From the IMG/VR virus record IMGVR_UViG_2711768064_000004: a stretch of DNA of 38,647 nt; one strand, written 5' to 3'. The position numbers were made by a program, and so were the translations under genes. Position 1 is the stretch's first letter. Each line of letters starts with the position of its first letter. Of the stretch, positions 36,630-38,647 are shown piece after piece. The stretch comes from a virus (Duplodnaviria > Heunggongvirae > Uroviricota > Caudoviricetes). The notes beneath the pieces were generated by a model. The model did no database searches. It saw only the letters and a program-made list of their open reading frames with translations, and had not been told where the DNA came from.

Positions 36630-37199
36630 GTGGATTTCAATAGCGGCGGTAAGAAAGCCATAGAACGTTTAGTTGAAGCATATGGGTTCGGTACCCGTCA
36701 GGCTCTATGTGATCATTTAGGTGTTTCTAAGAGCACCATGGCAACGCGCTATATGCGTGATATTTTTCCAGCAGATTGGGTAATCCAGTGCGCCCTTGAA
36801 ACGGGCACCTCGCTTAATTGGCTAACAACAGGGCATGGTTCAAAGCAAGCATCAGCAAATACAAATACTATAGAAGTAGAAAAATATTTATTGTCTGATG
36901 GAGCATTGCAGAAAGACGGTTTTTATATTTTTGATAAGGGATTTCTACCCTCTACGTTTAAAAAACCTTTTGTCATCACAGATAACAATTCTGAATTTAT
37001 TTGTGATAAAGAATTTGATGATATACGTGATGGTAAATGGGTAATAAGTATTGATGGCGAAATAACGATCCGTGACATTACTCGTTTACCCGGTGGAAGA
37101 ATCTTCGTCGAGGGTGGAAACAGAGCCTTCGAATGCAAGATAGAAGACATTGAAATAATTGGTAAAATTATAAGTTTAACAGTCAAGTATGTTAAATAG
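36630..37199 (+). CDS. cI: CI-like immunity repressor (186 CI family)
   Basis: Start at GTG 36630 after GGAGG (ORF track starts at 36543, but no in-frame ATG precedes the conserved ERLVEAYGF region); N-terminal HTH. Confidence 0.75.
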   Translation: MDFNSGGKKAIERLVEAYGFGTRQALCDHLGVSKSTMATRYMRDIFPADWVIQCALETGTSLNWLTTGHGSKQASANTNTIEVEKYLLSDGALQKDGFYIFDKGFLPSTFKKPFVITDNNSEFICDKEFDDIRDGKWVISIDGEITIRDITRLPGGRIFVEGGNRAFECKIEDIEIIGKIISLTVKYVK

Positions 37200-37214
37200 T
37201 ACCGGGAGGAAACT

Positions 37215-37406
37215 ATGCTTGGTAAGGTATTTTTTGTGGTTTTGTCATGTTCTTTGTTATTAAACCCACTAACTACCTATGCTAGAAATTATCCCTGCTC
37301 AGGGAAAAAGGGAGGTGTTTCTCACTGTACCTCAGATGGCAAATTCGTTTGCAATGATGGAACTATTAGTAAATCCAAAAAAATCTGTACTAAAAACTCA
37401 CGATAA
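37215..37406 (+). CDS. small secreted cysteine-containing protein (moron)
   Basis: 63 aa; GGGAGG SD 6 nt upstream; predicted signal peptide [23 protein letters not shown]; four Cys; AT-rich. Confidence 0.6.
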   Translation: MLGKVFFVVLSCSLLLNPLTTYARNYPCSGKKGGVSHCTSDGKFVCNDGTISKSKKICTKNSR

Positions 37407-37594
37407 CTTTTGCTTTTATATCTGCGTCTAAAATAAAAATGAGCCGCAGGTTAACCGCAAAAGTTACATGCTCACATAGCAAAAAGAATAGCCAACTTAA
37501 TTATGGCTTCAGTGAGATGTATGGTCGTAGGATTTCATACATTGACACTGGTTATACATACAGTGAAAATGCTCTCTACTGGAGGGCATTTTTT

Positions 37595-38647
37595 ATGGCA
37601 GTACGAAAACTCACCACTGGGAAATGGCTTTGCGAATGTTACCCCGCCGGACGAAGTGGGCGTCGTGTGCGTAAACAATTCGTCACCAAAGGCGAAGCAC
37701 TGGCTTTTGAGCGCCACACGATGGAAGAAACCGAAGCAAAGCCCTGGCTGGGTGAATCAGTGGATCGTCGAACACTGAAAGACGTGGTTGAGCTATGGTT
37801 CAAACTACATGGTAAATCTCTGACAGCTGGGCAGCATGTCTATGACAAATTGCTGTTGATGGTTGACGCTCTGGGAAATCCCATTGCAACCGATCTCACC
37901 TCTAAAATGTTTGCCCACTATCGAGATAAACGCCTGACAGGAGAGATCTACTTCAGCGAAAAATGGAAGAAAGGAGCAAGCCCGGTCACCGTTAACCTGG
38001 AGCAAAGCTATCTAAGTAGTGTTTTTAGCGAACTATCCCGCCTGGGCGAATGGTCGTATCCGAACCCACTGGAGAACATGCGAAAATTCACCATCGCAGA
38101 AAAAGAGATGGCATGGCTTACCCATGAACAGATTGTTGAATTGCTGGCTGATTGCAAACGTCAGGACCCAATTCTGGCACTGGTAGTCAAGATATGCTTA
38201 AGCACAGGCGCACGCTGGCGAGAAGCAATAAATCTTACCCGTTCACAGGTGACTAAATACCGAATTACCTTTGTCAGAACGAAGGGGAAGAAAAACAGAA
38301 GCATTCCCATCAGTAAAGAGCTTTACGAAGAGATTATGGCACTTGATGGGTTCAATTTCTTTACAGACTGCTATTTTCAATTTTTATCCGTGATGGAAAA
38401 AACGTCTATCGTGCTCCCTCGCGGTCAACTGACACACGTTCTGCGTCATACGTTTGCGGCGCATTTTATGATGTCGGGTGGAAACATCCTGGCCTTACAA
38501 AAAATTCTCGGGCATCACGATATAAAAATGACGATGCGTTACGCACATCTGGCACCGGATCATCTGGAAACGGCGCTCCGTTTCAACCCTCTGGCAACGC
38601 TGCCAAGTGGCGACAAAGTGGCGGCAGCGGTTGGCATTACCCCGTAA
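37595..38647 (+). CDS. int: tyrosine integrase (P2/186 Int family)
   Basis: Start at MAVRKLTTGKW with GGAGGG SD 9 nt upstream; conserved R...HxxR...Y catalytic region (LSTGARWREA, HVLRHTFAAHF, RYAHLAP); ORF track has a 52-codon upstream extension. Confidence 0.9.
   Translation: MAVRKLTTGKWLCECYPAGRSGRRVRKQFVTKGEALAFERHTMEETEAKPWLGESVDRRTLKDVVELWFKLHGKSLTAGQHVYDKLLLMVDALGNPIATDLTSKMFAHYRDKRLTGEIYFSEKWKKGASPVTVNLEQSYLSSVFSELSRLGEWSYPNPLENMRKFTIAEKEMAWLTHEQIVELLADCKRQDPILALVVKICLSTGARWREAINLTRSQVTKYRITFVRTKGKKNRSIPISKELYEEIMALDGFNFFTDCYFQFLSVMEKTSIVLPRGQLTHVLRHTFAAHFMMSGGNILALQKILGHHDIKMTMRYAHLAPDHLETALRFNPLATLPSGDKVAAAVGITP

Larger units (their letters stand above)
2784..38647. mobile_element. 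P2/186-family prophage (nearly complete; int-proximal end beyond window)
   Basis: Uninterrupted synteny with P2/186 gene order from ogr through int; host genes end at ybjL. The left boundary is approximate (somewhere in 2621-2855); the right boundary is not in the window. Confidence 0.9.

Noticed and set aside
37439-37594. 52-codon N-terminal extension of the integrase ORF
   Set aside because: Homology to P2-family Int begins at MAVRKL (37595), which has a GGAGGG SD; the upstream extension lacks a start context.
1-38647. Search for CRISPR arrays, rRNA, tRNA, IS/transposase genes
   Set aside because: No regularly spaced direct repeats, no rRNA- or tRNA-like conserved segments and no transposase-like ORF were recognised by eye; a tRNA scan was not run, so a small RNA gene at the att junction cannot be fully excluded.

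Overview
The window holds a short Escherichia-like chromosomal segment (grxA +, ybjM -, ybjL +; 1-2620) followed by an almost complete P2/186-family prophage from about 2.8 kb to the window end (the int-proximal att site lies beyond 38647). All protein identifications are from reading the translations and recalling P2/186 and E. coli proteins; no database search was possible. Gene order is: ogr/B, D, U, T, E/E+E', FII, FI, Gin-like invertase with an invertible tail-fibre segment, H, I, J, W, V, [SIR2-like cargo gene], S, R, lysC/lysB/lysA, K, Y, X, L, M, N, O (minus strand), P, Q (plus strand), [three-gene AT-rich cargo operon], cos, [PRTase-like + SLOG/DprA-like two-gene cassette], LexA-box-controlled tum/DinI-like pair, A, dam, TraR-like, small early ORFs, cII, apl, switch region, cI, small secreted moron, int. 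The best candidates for an undescribed system are the two cargo modules transcribed divergently away from cos: a tightly coupled three-gene operon with no recognisable motifs (26103-28943) and a PRTase-like/SLOG-like pair (29335-30476). A standalone SIR2-like gene inserted between S and V (16017-17225) is a third defence candidate. No CRISPR array, rRNA, tRNA or transposase was recognised.
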